A DNA stretch of 64,000 bases, from contig NC_073388.1 of assembly GCF_028641065.1 (NCBI RefSeq), positions 26,288,001 to 26,352,000 on the forward strand, in the 5' to 3' direction. Source of the DNA: Leucoraja erinacea (Eukaryota). The notes beneath the pieces were generated by a model. That model was not told where the DNA came from, did no database searches, and saw nothing but the letters and a program-made list of their open reading frames with translations. Of the stretch, positions 21,900 to 34,052 are shown piece after piece. Every line of letters starts with the position of its first letter. The stretch's first letter is position 1. The translations under genes and the position numbers were made by a program.

Positions 21900-23971
21900 G
21901 TATAAAATCACTCATGGTGGACTGATCCAGTAGATTAAGATGAAGAGTATCCAGGTGAATTGGTAGTTTGGGTTCAGAACTGGCATCCTCATTGAAGACA
22001 CAGGGAAGTGTTGGAGTTATTCTGGCTAGAAGTCTGTGATCAGTTGTGTTCCACAGAGATCTGTGCTAGAACCTCTGTTTATGATAATACTAACGTAATA
22101 TAACTGTGTGTGAAGGAGGGAGGAACATCATACACTTGGAAAATATCCAGATGCTTGGCTCGGTTTAACCCCTTGAAACCTGCTTGTACTTAAGATAAAG
22201 ACTGGGATGTAATGTAATAACTTCGGGTGTATAATATATAAATTACTTGATTGCAAATGTAAATGAAACGGTTAGTACATTTGCAGATTACACCAAAATT
22301 GATGGAGCTGCAGACAGTGATGATGGCTGTAACAGTTATAGATATGGGAGAGAAACGGCAGATTAAGTTTAATCTCAGCAAGTGGAAGATTCTGCACTTT
22401 GTGAGGCGAATGTAAACAGAAAGCATATAGTTAGTGGGAAGATAGTATATAGTTAACAGCATTGATGTACTGAGAGTTCTTGGGGCCAAAGTATATCATT
22501 TCATAGATATTAAGCTAAATAACTAAGATTCAGAAACTAACAGACTATCCATTTCTTCTCATTGCTGAATCTTGTAAACCTACTGTTCCACCACTTCATT
22601 ATCTCATTATGTAATGAATGAATGGCAAAACAATAGTGGCTGGTACAACTCACATTGTTAGTACCAAATTATGAGATTTGTCGGATATTCCTCGGATGCT
22701 CAAGTTTTTCAGACAACGCAGGTGGAGCAGTTAACTCAGATCGTATGCTCCAAAGAATCCAAATAAAGAATCTATAGTTGGTCATGAAGCATCTGTGGAA
22801 GGAAATGCCCATCTTCCTCTACAGATGTTGCCCGGCTTGCTGACTTCCATCAACACTTTGTCTTTTGCACAAGATTTCAGCATCTGCTCTCTCTTGTGTC
22901 TCCAATCTACAGTGTGGCTAATCCAGACAGGGATAGGCATTATCAGTTCACTGTCCGAATAAATCTCATTCCAATCAGTACCTGACAATAGACATCGTCA
23001 AACCAAAATACCTAAGATCCAAACTCCATTGAGCTCCTGGTAATGTTTCCTCTTTACTCACTCTCATCTACTTGTTAAGCTTGAGCAAAATCCTTATCAC
23101 ATTGAGATGTTAGCGATGCAATAAGCAGAGAGGATATGTACAGTGATGTTGCTTGAAAATCACTATGTCTACCACCCTTGCCTTGCCTAACCTAGGACTG
23201 AGCATGTTCCAGGTGCAGCCAGATACATAAATGTCAGAGTCCAGAGGGGAACAATTTTCCAGACATATTTACACTATCCTGGGATCCATTGATTGCTTTG
23301 AAGAATTTATTGTTTGATGAGATTAGTCCTTAACCTATAACAGTTGCTGTCCATTATGCTTTCAGCTGACATTAACTGGATCAATTACTTTAAGTGAATC
23401 TCATAACCCATCTCATAATGAAAATCCTACATTGGCTGTTTGCTACTGAACAGATATCATGTTGAACTGATTCAACAGGTAGTTTGAATGAAGAGGCTCG
23501 GATCCCTGATGTTAACAACTATTACAATTAAGTAATGCTCCCTTCTGGATGAAAGGTCCATGTGACCTCAACTGGTGTGAGCATAACTTTAGAACCCTTT
23601 TGCCAATGCATTTCCACACCGTGCACTTCGAAGAGTATGATTTATGATTTGGCATGCAAATACCAAGCATTGATTTAGTTTCAGACTGCTTGGTATATAA
23701 CAGTAGGTCTGCCACTCTGCCACTGTGGCAGTACTTTTGTCTGGTAACCATATGACAACATTTCATTTAACTCGTCATACAAATGTATTTGTAGGGAAAA
23801 TTGGTTATGTCATGTACCGCATAATCTGTGCCTCATTCCCAGTGAAACAATTTTTACAACATATTGGTCAGGCAAATATTTTCATAATGTGTCTGTTGCA
23901 CAAGGTATTGAGTGAAAGTATTATTTGATAATCATGAGATTCTTTTTGTTTTTTAAACCATCACCGACTAT

Positions 23972-24525
23972 CGATTTGAGTATAGGAGCAAGGAGGTCCT
24001 ACTGTAATTGTACAGGGCCCTGATGAGACCACACCTGGAGTATTGTGTGTAGTTTTGGTCTCCTAATTTGAGGAAGGACAATCTTGCTATTGAGGGGGTG
24101 CAGAATAGGTTTATCAGGTTAATCCTGGGATGGTGGGACTGACATATGATGAAAGAATGGGTCGACTGGGCTTAGAAGGATGAGAGGATATCTAAAAGAA
24201 ACATAAAATTCTTAAGGGATTGCAGGAAAAATGTTCCTGAAGTCGAGGGAGTTCAGAACCAGCGGTCATAGTTTAATAATAAGGGGTAGGCTATTTATGA
24301 TTGAGATGAGGAGAAACATTTTCTCCCAGAGGGTTGTGAATCTGTGGAATTCTCTGCCACAGAAGGCAGTGGAGGCCAATTCACTGGATGTTTTCAAGAG
24401 AGAGTTAGATATAAATCTTAGGGCTAATCAAATCAAGGGATATGGGGAAAAAGCAGGAATGTGGTGTTGGCGTAAAGGGCTGAATGGCCTACTCCTGCAC
24501 CTATTTTCTATGTTTTTATGTTTAT
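23972..24525 (+). mobile_element. CR1 3' fragment
   Basis: GAGTATAGGAGCAAGGAGGTCC...RVVNLWNSLPQKAVEA..., ending in a (TTTCTATG)-like tail. Confidence 0.88.
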
Positions 24526-25000
24526 ACGTCCAGAAGGTCTCTTTCCGTCAGTGCATCAAATGACCCTCATATACTGGCCGCCGCGGTAGCTGATATACAA
24601 GCTGCTCTCGTTGTTATCAGACTCATCCTTTTACGGCTTCTCCTCTTGTCATCCTTTAGGCAAGTGCTGAGCTCTTCTGTTGGCAATATTGTACGAGATT
24701 GTGTCAACTACATCAAAGTACATTGCCCTGTTTATGATTCTGGAAAACAGCCTCAGATTGGTTGCGAAACCATACAATCCAAGCCAATATAATCTCTACC
24801 AGTGTCCTGCTAGTCCAATGCCTTTCAACATGGTGATGCTCTCCACATACTCTCAAAATCACATTGTCCTCACTTAAAATAAGGTCCTCCTCCTACAGTG
24901 TGGAGCAGCAGATACCTTCCTTGTGCCAATAGCAAATTGTGAGACATAGCAAAGAATCAGCCACAGTAACCTGGAATGATCATCCGGCTACATTGATATT

Positions 25001-25430
25001 GTTCTATTATTGTCAAGTGTGGAAAAAATACAGTGAAAAGGTCCACCAATTTTGGTGTAAGTACAATCAAGCCATGCACACGTACAAAAGATAGTGTAAA
25101 GAGAAAAATATAAGAGTGCAGAATATAGTGTTACAGTGTTATAGCATTTACCAGTATTACAGAAAGTGCTGATAGAATAAAGGTGAAAGAGCCACAATGA
25201 TGATTATTGCGAGATTGGGATTACACCCTTAGCTTATGTGAGGGTTTTTTAGATGTCTGATAACAGTAGGAAATAAGCTGTTCCCGAATCTGGTGCTAGA
25301 TGCCTTCAAGCTATTGTATCTTCTTACTGTTGGGAGAGGGGAGAAGAGGGGTGTAAATGATCTACATCCACAACTCCCTGCAATTTCTTACAATGTTGGG
25401 CAGACCTGTTGCCAAATCAAGCTGTGGAGA
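25001..25430 (-). mobile_element. Rex1/Babar-type LINE 3' fragment
   Basis: Plus strand AAGCTGTTCCCGAATCTGGTG..TTCAAGCT..TATCTTC..TGGGAGAGGGGAGAAGAGG is the reverse complement of an LFSPLPxxRRYxSLKxxxTRFxNS-like motif. Confidence 0.6.
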
Positions 25431-25494
25431 TCTACTATGACCACTGACTGAAATATAACATGGGCAGAGCAGATAGGAGATGTTGAAATTTGCA

Positions 25495-25677
25495 GCAAAA
25501 ATAAACTGCTGGAGTAAATCAGTGGGTCAGGAAATAATTATGGAGGCAGAGAGATGGTTGACATTTTGGGTTGAAATGTGGCCCTGATGCAGTACCTCAA
25601 TCTGAAACAACAACCATCTCTCTGCCTCCACAGATGCAGCCTCATCAGTTAACCCCCTCCAGCAGTTTGTTTTTTGC
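25495..25677. mobile_element. hairpin formed by inverted Penelope-like terminal repeats
   Basis: Inverted arms GCAAAAATAAACTGCTGGAG / CTCCAGCAGTTTGTTTTTTGC and TGGAGGCAGAGAGATGGTTG / CAACCATCTCTCTGCCTCCA. Confidence 0.65.
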
Positions 25678-26959
25678 CGAAAGATGTATAATACCTTGCA
25701 GAGGTTTAAATAGGGTTATGTGTGTGCATGTAGTCTCTGTGAGGATCTAGTTTGTGAACATGAGTGTATCAGTGCCTTTTGGTTGACTTAGTCCGTGGAC
25801 CCTCATATGCCTGAAGCTTCCATTCCAAAGTGCATTATGTGTTTTCATCATCAGATGTGTACCTCATGATGCCAGACATTGCCCACCAGCTATCCTTAAC
25901 TTTCCTGTCTTAGATGATGGGGGTTCAGGGAATGATTGTCTAACAACAGTCACAGATCACGCAGGTCTCCAAAGTGCTGGCAGTGCTTATTAAAGGGCCA
26001 CTCATGCTGGAAAATTAAATTCTCCAGGTTGCTGTGCAGTTCTCAGAAGACTATTTGCTCAGTCTGAAAGAAACTACACACACTTCGCCAGAGCTCACTA
26101 GCCATTTCAGCACCTTGGAGATGATTGCCACGGGTACTTTCACAATTTGCAGAAGTCCACAGTAATCTGAAGCTGCTGACGTGGCCTGACTTTGATGGCA
26201 GCATCTGTGCTGATGAAGACTTTTTTTCAACCAGAGCAAACAACTTCACAGAACTGTGCAGTGCCCAGGATATGTTTGCACTTTCACCGTGAGTGTGCTT
26301 TTAAATGGGACTGCTTCACAGCAAGCAGCACCATGGAGACCCGTTTGGTTGGTAGTTGCTGAATGACAGTCATTCCCTGAATCACCATCATCTGATATAT
26401 TACAGAGAAAAATAAAAAAGTTCGGGTGTTTAAGGATTGACACCATTCAGAATTAATCTGCTGTTGAAGACACATATGTGCAGACATTATGATCTGAAAT
26501 GCACAATAAAGATTCCAGAGTGGTATAAAACAACCTGGAGATGCTCAATTACATTTACTCCCAATAATACCCATTTTCAGTGGGATAGGGCTCTAGATTT
26601 TATTGCAATGCAACCTATTTTCTAGGCATGACTGCGGCATTAGAAATAATCACAGCTTAAGCTTAATTCATTCTGAAATGTAGTAAATTGCACAAAAATT
26701 ATAATGATAATGTATATTAATCATATAATTACACTGTCATGTTAAAGGAGAAATAAGGATGAGCTTGCTTGGAGACTATTATCCAGTGGGATTTTTTCTT
26801 CTAGGTTAGCTTGTGCAGCACTCATTATATAGGATGTAAAGTAAAATCATAGTCAATGCAATAAATCTACTGACTGAACTTATTTAATTATCCAGTCTTT
26901 GTTTTTTTTTGTGTGGAGAATTTGAAATTTAAGTTTTTACAGCTTCATTTTAGGTTGCA

Positions 26960-27600
26960 AATGGATAGTTTGGATAGATTAGTGAGAGATCTGTGAGAGA
27001 TCTGGTCAGCTGCTAAAAGCAGTAAAAGAATGAGTTGAGTTTGAAGCAGTGAGAAGAGTGAACCCAGAATTTATTTCAGTGAGAGTGTGATCTACAAGAT
27101 AAAGAATTGAGAACAAGAGAGCAAGCTATGAGGTTAAAGAACTGAGTGGCTGGTGATTAGTGTAGTTGTTTCTATTTACGATGGCTATATTAACAAACAG
27201 GATTATTATATAGATGTAAAAAACGATACATACGACTGCAAAATACGATTTCAAAATGTATTTATTAATGAATTCAATACATAAATAATGTAATATAATT
27301 AATGTAGAGATGTCAGGGCAGGAGTAGCTGCAGCAGGCAAGAGCTGGCGGATGCTTATGAGACCCATATTCACCATCTGTTGAAAATATCTGCGTGCTGA
27401 GGAACATTGACTCTAAATTGATGGGAGCCAGAGCTGTGAACAATGCAATGTATCAAGAAGGATGAAGGTTTCCTGGACTTAATGCAATCTAAAACATTAG
27501 GTGGAGAAGTACTTTAGATTTAGTGCCAGGGTGAGAAGGGTGTGACAATGAATCAGGCAGGTTTAGGGACCCTACCTGGAATGATAGGTGGTGTTAATGA
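26960..27600 (+). mobile_element. decayed CR1 5'UTR and ORF1 N-terminus
   Basis: ATGTCAGGGCAGG..GCTGCAGC..GAGCTGGCGGA..CATCTG..GAGGAAC..AGCCAGAGCTG..GGTTTCCTGGAC resembles the Cys-rich/leucine-zipper start of fish CR1 ORF1 (heavily mutated). Confidence 0.45.
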
Positions 27601-28004
27601 GCTCCTCATGCTGATGAACGTTGATGTCCCTCAGAGTAGAATCTTAGCTATTGTTGCAGTCAGTGCTTCGTCAGCTGAGAGAAGCAGTAGATGATGATCA
27701 AGAGGCTTCTACATCCACATTTGATCTGATGGTATCAGACATCATAGGATCTGAAGTCACGGTTAATAACTGTCATTGGCACTTCCTCCTAACTGTTTAC
27801 CTGGAACACATGGTCTCTGTGGGTCTATCGTGCTGATTGGATAGGACATATAAGACTCTGATCGAGGAGCTACTGTTGTAAATCATTTTAAAATCATCCC
27901 TTCCTTGCCCAAAATTCAATGTACATGTAGGGAAATCTTCTTGGTGCATTTTTCCTGCAAGCACCTGCTACTTAATGCAGTATACTCATTAAGATAGCTG
28001 CGTT

Positions 28005-28142
28005 NNNNNNNNNNNNNNNNNNNNNNNNNNNNNNNNNNNNNNNNNNNNNNNNNNNNNNNNNNNNNNNNNNNNNNNNNNNNNNNNNNNNNNNNNNNNNNNN
28101 NNNNNNNNNNNNNNNNNNNNNNNNNNNNNNNNNNNNNNNNNN
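28005..28142. other. assembly gap (138 N)
   Basis: Run of N. Confidence 1.
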
Positions 28143-29568
28143 GTTATCTTTCAGTTTGGCGGTCTTTCTATTTGCGCAAAAACGGTTTGTGATAGCGCTA
28201 CAATTTTTTGCCAGTTCACTCACCGTTCTCCTGTGCTGTCAGTCCACCAAGTTTCGTTCCTATCAGTTGAATGTCGTCAAAGTTAAAAATCTTTGGTTTA
28301 AAAATCTTAAAAACTGCGCATTCGCAGATCGATCTCTTCTGCCAGTCAGCACCACGTGGATTAGTCTCTCCCCCTGTCACTCCCTGGGATGGTCCGCCCT
28401 TTCCGGCACCATCGCGCCTTGACTGGAGCTGAGGAAAACCGGTGAACGTTTCCAACCGGACTTTTGGAGGGACCCGAAGCAGCCCTGCTCCATGCAGCGG
28501 CCCAGCGTCAGAAATCCAACCCAGCCCAGCCCAGCAGGGGGGACCCAGCCCAGCCCAGAGTTGGAGACCCAGCCCAGAGTCAGAGATCCAGCCCAGCCCG
28601 GAGTCGGAGATGTCGCCGGTGTCGCCAAACGCAAAGCGGAGACTCTAATCCTGGCAGAGGAGAACAACCAGCGCTCGCTGTGAGTCCCCATCACACCACA
28701 AATTCCAGCCACTACCCCTCTGGTCCCCCTCGCTGGCTCCTCCCCCCTCTCCCGTGATGCCCCCCTCTCCCCCATGGCTCTTCTCCCATCTTTTCTCCGA
28801 GCTCACTCCCCCCTGCCCACAAACCCCTCCCCGATAACTCCCCCCTGCCCACACACACTCCTCTCCTCCCACACAACCCACCCCCCCCACAAACTCCCAC
28901 GCCCATACAACCCCCCCCACACACATACACCCACCCTTCCGACCACACATAACTAACCCACTGCCCACACACACCCACCCCCCCCCCCTCACATATACCC
29001 CCACCCCACCACACACCCCCCACACACCCCTCCACACACCCCCCCCGCCCACACACCCCTCTCCCCCATACAACCCCCCTGCCCCTACAAACCCCTCCCC
29101 CCGCTCACGCATAACCCCTCTGCCCGCACACACATACACACACCCCTCCCACACACACCCTCCCCCACCCCCCATTCCGACATCCTTCCTCCCCCTCCCA
29201 TAGCCCTTTCGCCAGCATACACACCTCCCCCGCCCCCACACTCCCCCACCACACACCACTCTTTTTCCCCCCTCCTACACCTCCCTGTCCACACACACCC
29301 CTCCTCCCCTCCCACTACACACACACCCCACTTCCCCTCCTCCCCTCCCACACATGAAGAGGAGGGGGAGGGAGTGCTCGTGGATGAGGGGAAGTGAGCC
29401 GCGCCTGCACAGTTATGGGCTATGGGTGAGTGGTGGAATATTGCGTTGGGGGAACGGGTTGTGTTGGGGGAATGGGTGAGTGGTGGAATATTGCATTGGG
29501 GAATAGGTTGTATTGGGGGATCAGGCCTCCCGTGTGACTGGGACCCAACGGGTTCCACATAGTCTAGT
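28143..29568 (-). mobile_element. second Helentron-like non-autonomous element; its 3' end lies in the gap
   Basis: Minus strand begins ACTAGACTATGTGGAACCCGTTGGGTCCCAGTCACACGGG, close to the start at 20577. The 3' region shares AAGATTTTTAAAC / GGC.AAAAAT..TAGC blocks. Internal (CCCAG)n and C/A-rich low-complexity sequence. Confidence 0.6.
28720..29355. repeat. C/A-rich low-complexity tract (G-quadruplex-prone on the minus strand)
   Basis: Irregular CCCC/CACA runs. Confidence 0.9.
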
Positions 29569-31321
29569 TAATCATTATAGATAAGGGCAACAGCAAATCT
29601 TATGAGTTAGTCACAGCTTCAATATATCATTTGCTCAGATACGTTTTGTGTTAGAGAGTCTAACATTTTAATTTGTTTTTAACTTTGCTATTGCATCATA
29701 AGATGCCTATTATTCATGACAATGTTTTGAGAGATTTAGCATTTTATCTATATTCACAGTTTATATTAATGGAGAATAATGTTGAGAAATGATACCTGAT
29801 AGCATTTTTTCCAATTTCTTTCAGACGATGTTTGAAATACTGATTTGAAATATCTTGGGGGGGGGGGGGGGGGGGGGGGTCAAATCATATGCAATGTTCT
29901 ACAGTGCATGAAAAGACTCAGTTAATATATATTTCCATTATGCCATTCAAGATTATCTTTTTAATCCATAATCTTTTCTGAACTAGCTAATTCTCTTCAC
30001 AAACTGAGAATGCAAATTAACTGTGATTCTTTCTAATTTGACACAGATGAACCATATGCTACTGGATAATTTATCTTTATTAACTTTTAATTTGCTTACA
30101 GTGTGAAAACATTTGATTATTTGAAGAACAGTGTTTGACGGAAAGTTCTGTCCAACATACCTCACATTTCTTTATGGCAAATTCCAGTTAAAGGTTCCCA
30201 CCTGTTGGGGGTGGACATTGCTTTTCCACTCATCAACCACAAGTGTATTATTCTACAAAGCACAGCTTGATGAAGTTTGGGTGGCTGTATGTAATGGGAA
30301 TCTGGAATAACTGCCTTTAAACCATTGCTGAACAGACTTTTATGGTGAAGGAAATAGCTAATGAGTTAATCTGTAAATTTTATGTTTAGAATCCATCAGA
30401 TCTTGCAGCCTTTTCTTTACTGCTTGCCAATTCCTTTACCATACAATGGTAGGGTTCTATAAGGTAAATATCTCATTACATCTCATTAGTTTTGTTTTAA
30501 ACTTGATAATACATTCTGCAAAATCGATGGCAGTCAACCAGTACATTTAACCCACACAATCCTCCTCCCATCTACTTGATCTTTCTATTCCTTTCTTCCT
30601 CAATTACTGTCTAGATTTCCTTTTATATCCTCCATCACTCCTTCTGATGGGAAATTCAGATGGTGAAGGTTGCAATTTCCAGCAGCATGGTTGGCAATTA
30701 ACACTATATGTGTTATTACCAGACACATGCATGTAGAACTGATACATACTTCAGCACAGCTACACAACAAAATCACAAATAGCTGGAAACCTTGAATACT
30801 TGTGGATGCCCCATGCCATTGCTCCCAGTAAATTACATGAAGTCAATTATGATGGGTGAAATCAATTGTATTTTAGTACTAGCTTGGCTTCCATTAGTAT
30901 AAAGTTACCTAATGAATTTAATATTTTTATATTCAATGAGCTTGTTGAGCTCTTGTTATAAAACTGCATTATTTCTCAACCTACTCTTTTGCGGTTATTA
31001 ATGAGTCTTTTACATATCATCCCTACCAAGCCATCAATTGAGTTCATAAACTCAGTTACTCAGCTGCTCACTGATGTGCCCCTTGATAGACACCTTGTTT
31101 AATGCCTGGCTACCTGACCCAAATGCCTATGGGAACCCACTGAATGTTGTGTTCTGGCCATGTCTATATTCTGCGAAAACATTTGGGTTGGGTCAACTTT
31201 ATAGAATGTGGTGTGCTGGCCCAGCTCGGTAAACGCTCGTGATCTGGATGAAGGACTACTATTGCATGTGTAGTCTGTGCTCGATCAATTGTGACAGACA
31301 TGCAGCAGTACAGCAAGTATT

Positions 31322-31456
31322 TCCAGTCTGAAGAGTGGTCCTGACCCCAAATGTCAACTATCCATGTTCTCCAGGAATGCTACCTGACTCACTGAGTTAC
31401 TCCATCACTTTGTGTCTTTGTTTGGTAAACCAGCGTCTACAGTTCCTTGTTTCTAC
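31322..31456 (+). mobile_element. Penelope-like terminal repeat fragment
   Basis: CAGTCTGAAGAGTGGTCCTGACCCCAAATGTCAACTATCCATGTTCTCCAG..GAGTTACTCCA.CACTTTGTGTC. Confidence 0.6.
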
Positions 31457-32530
31457 ATTATCTTGTCTCCTGCTTTTCGGCAAACATCTTCAGATCAGGT
31501 TAGGAACAAAATATCACGAGTAATTTTATAATCATCTGAGTAGACCTCTAGTCCAGAGAGAACAATGTTTTCTGTATACTGCAAGATTAAAATAGTATAG
31601 ATAGTGGATTGCAATGTACCTGATACTTTGTGTTTTTCTGTTTTGAAATACACATAATTCTTGTCACATTGCTTGTCCCAGGTTACTCCACAAATAACTG
31701 ATCAATTTTGAACGATTAAAGATTGGTATCTTTGGCTTGGCACCTGTAAGTAGCTAAATGTATAATAAGCAACATTTCATTTTTCTTGACAAAATTTATC
31801 ACTCTGCAAGTCTTGACCATATAAATTATTGCCCTTTACAATGGCAATGCCAATTTCCTTCATTTGTAGATAAACAAAACTGCTCACTCAAATCAAATTT
31901 TGTATGTCCTTCATTGAAAAGTCTTTCTTCATCAGTCCATGATTATAATCAGCGTAATACACCTGTCTTTCACGATTTTTTTGACTGAGATTTTATGGTG
32001 GTCTTATTGATTGTATATAGAACTTAATTTTGAATATTTTAGTTAGGTACAAATAAGCAATGGAAATAGGCTAAGAGACAAAACCAACATCATTAACCTG
32101 AAAAAAATGAGCCTCGTGAAAATCAGAAAGCTATCGATTCCCAAAATATTCCTCTGTGTGTTGATGATCTCGATCCAGAGATTAACAGAGACTTGTGTGT
32201 GATTAAATGTTGTTTCCGATAAAGAGGCATTTTAATAAAATTCGAAATAAGTGACGTGAGCATCAACAGGCAGTGAGGTTTAATCATATTTTAAGTCAAT
32301 GGCAAAAGAATCAGATAGGGTTCAAGGATAGTGGAAACTCAAGGATACTGGAAAATGCATATGGCTGCATCTGTGTCACTTGCGTCTGATCTTCTTATAA
32401 ATGTTTTAATTTTTAAAGCAGTCTCACCAAAGTTTACATTTAGTCACTGTAAAATGTTTTAGTAGAATATTTTCATCTTTAAGAGTGTATATGTTTTTCC
32501 AGAAATAATTCTAAAATAGGTGAATACCTG

Positions 32531-32850
32531 AGCAGCATGGTGGCGCAGTAGTATAGTTGGTGCCTTACAGTGCCAGAGACCCGGGTTCGATCCTGGCTGT
32601 GGCTGCTGTCCGTACTAAGTTTGTACATTCTCCCAATGACTGCAGAGGTTTTCTCCAAGATCTTTGGTTTCCTCTCATACTCCAAAGATGTACAGGTTTG
32701 TGGGTTAATTGGCTTGGTATAAATGTAAAAATTGTCTCTCTTGTGAAGAGTAGTGTTAATGTGCGGGGATAGCTGGTCTGTGCGACTTGGTAGGCTGAAG
32801 AGACTGTTCCCATGCTGTATTTCTAAACTAAACTAAACCAAACCAAACAC
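32531..32850 (+). mobile_element. full-length tRNA-derived SINE (HE1/V-SINE-like)
   Basis: Pol III box A (TGGTGGCGCAGTAG) and box B (GGGTTCGATCC), central core, CR1-like tail CTGTTCCCATGCTGTATTTC, and a (CTAAA)n end. Confidence 0.85.
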
Positions 32851-33049
32851 TGTCAACCTGGACATCATTGTAGGAAGTCTTGGTGTAACTGAGGAACAAA
32901 AGGAAATTAAAAAAATAAGCTTGTCAAATTCATAAACTTTTATCAGAGCTACTTGAGTGAAAAGGGCATTAAGTAGTAGCTACAGATTATTTCTTTCATG
33001 GCTGTTGACAATATTGTCAAGTCAATATTGAAGATAGTCACATGAAGAC

Positions 33050-33420
33050 AGAATAAACTGCAGATGGTGAAAACCTGAACAAAAAAACGTGCTGGAGAAA
33101 CTCGGTCAGTTAGGAGGGAATGAACAGACGATGTTTTGGGTCGGGATACAGCTTCAGACTAGCCCTTGCTGTCTCCTCCCCTTCCTTAACCCTCGAACTG
33201 TCTCCTCCCATCCCCCCGCCCTCGGGCTCCTCCTCCTCCCTTTTTCCTTCCTTCTCCCCCCCACCCCCCATCAGTCTGAAGAAGGGTTTCGGCCCGAAAC
33301 GCCGCCTATTTCCTTCGCTCCATAGATGCTGCTGCACCCGCTGAGTTTCTCCAGCAATTTTGTGTACCTTACAGCTTCAGGCTGATCAGTCTGAATAAAG
33401 GTCCTGACCTGAAACGTCAT
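33050..33420. mobile_element. cluster of Penelope-like terminal repeats (one minus, two plus)
   Basis: 33055-33160 is a minus copy. 33170-33370 is a plus copy with CAGTCTGAAGAAGGGTTTCGGCCCGAAAC. 33386-33420 is CAGTCTGAATAAAGGTCCTGACCTGAAACGTC. Confidence 0.7.
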
Positions 33421-33560
33421 CTTCATAAGAGTTTGATTGGGCCGCATTTGAAGTTTTGTGTCCAATTCTAAACACCCCATTACAGGAATGATGTGGAGGA
33501 TTTGGAATGGGTGCAGAGGAGATTTACTAGAATTATGTCTGGATTAGTGGGTACTATCTG

Positions 33561-34038
33561 GAGTGCCCTCCATAATGTTTGAGACAAAGACCCATCATTT
33601 ATTTATTTGCGTCTGTAACACTCCACAATTTGAGATTTGAAATTGAAAACAATAGATTTGGTTAAAGTGCATTGTCAGATTTTAATAAAGGCCATTTTTA
33701 TACATTTTGGTTTCACCATGTAGGAATTACAGTAACGTTTATACATACCATAATGTTTGGAACACAGCATTGTCATGTAAATGAAAGTAGTGATGTTTAG
33801 TATTTTGTTGCATATCCTTTGCATGCAATGAATGATTGAAGTCTGCGATTCATGGACATCACCAGTTGCTGGGTGTCTTTTCTGGTGATGCTCTGCCAGG
33901 CCTGTATTGCAGCCATCTTTAGCTTATGCTTGTTTTGGGGGCTAGTCCCCTTCAGTTTTCTCTTCAGCATATAAAAGGCATGCTCTATTGGGTTCAGATC
34001 GGGTGATTGACATGGCCACTCAAGAATTGACCATTTTG
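33561..34038 (-). mobile_element. Tc1 transposon 3' fragment (TIR + transposase C-terminus)
   Basis: TIR (G)AGTGCCCTCCATAATGTTTG. ORF 33797-34078 contains WPCQSPDLNPIEH...KGYATKY. Same family as 53340-54932. Confidence 0.92.
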
Positions 34039-34052
34039 TAGATAGCACTGAA

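Larger units (their letters stand above)
20520..22490 (+). mobile_element. old CR1 RT fragment split by a Helentron-like element
   Basis: GATGTTGTCTGCATGGATTTTAGTAA (DVVxMDFSK) before 20577 resumes after 21899 (CATGG..ACTGATCCAG.AGATTAAG; GTTCCACAGAGATCTGTGCT; TTTGCAGAT.ACACCAAAATTG). Confidence 0.7.

Noticed and set aside
28377-29558. Gly/Val/Cys-rich ORFs
   Set aside because: Translations of low-complexity C/A-rich sequence inside a repeat next to an assembly gap.
32531-32600. tRNA gene
   Set aside because: The A/B boxes run into a SINE body and LINE-derived tail, and there is no complete cloverleaf.
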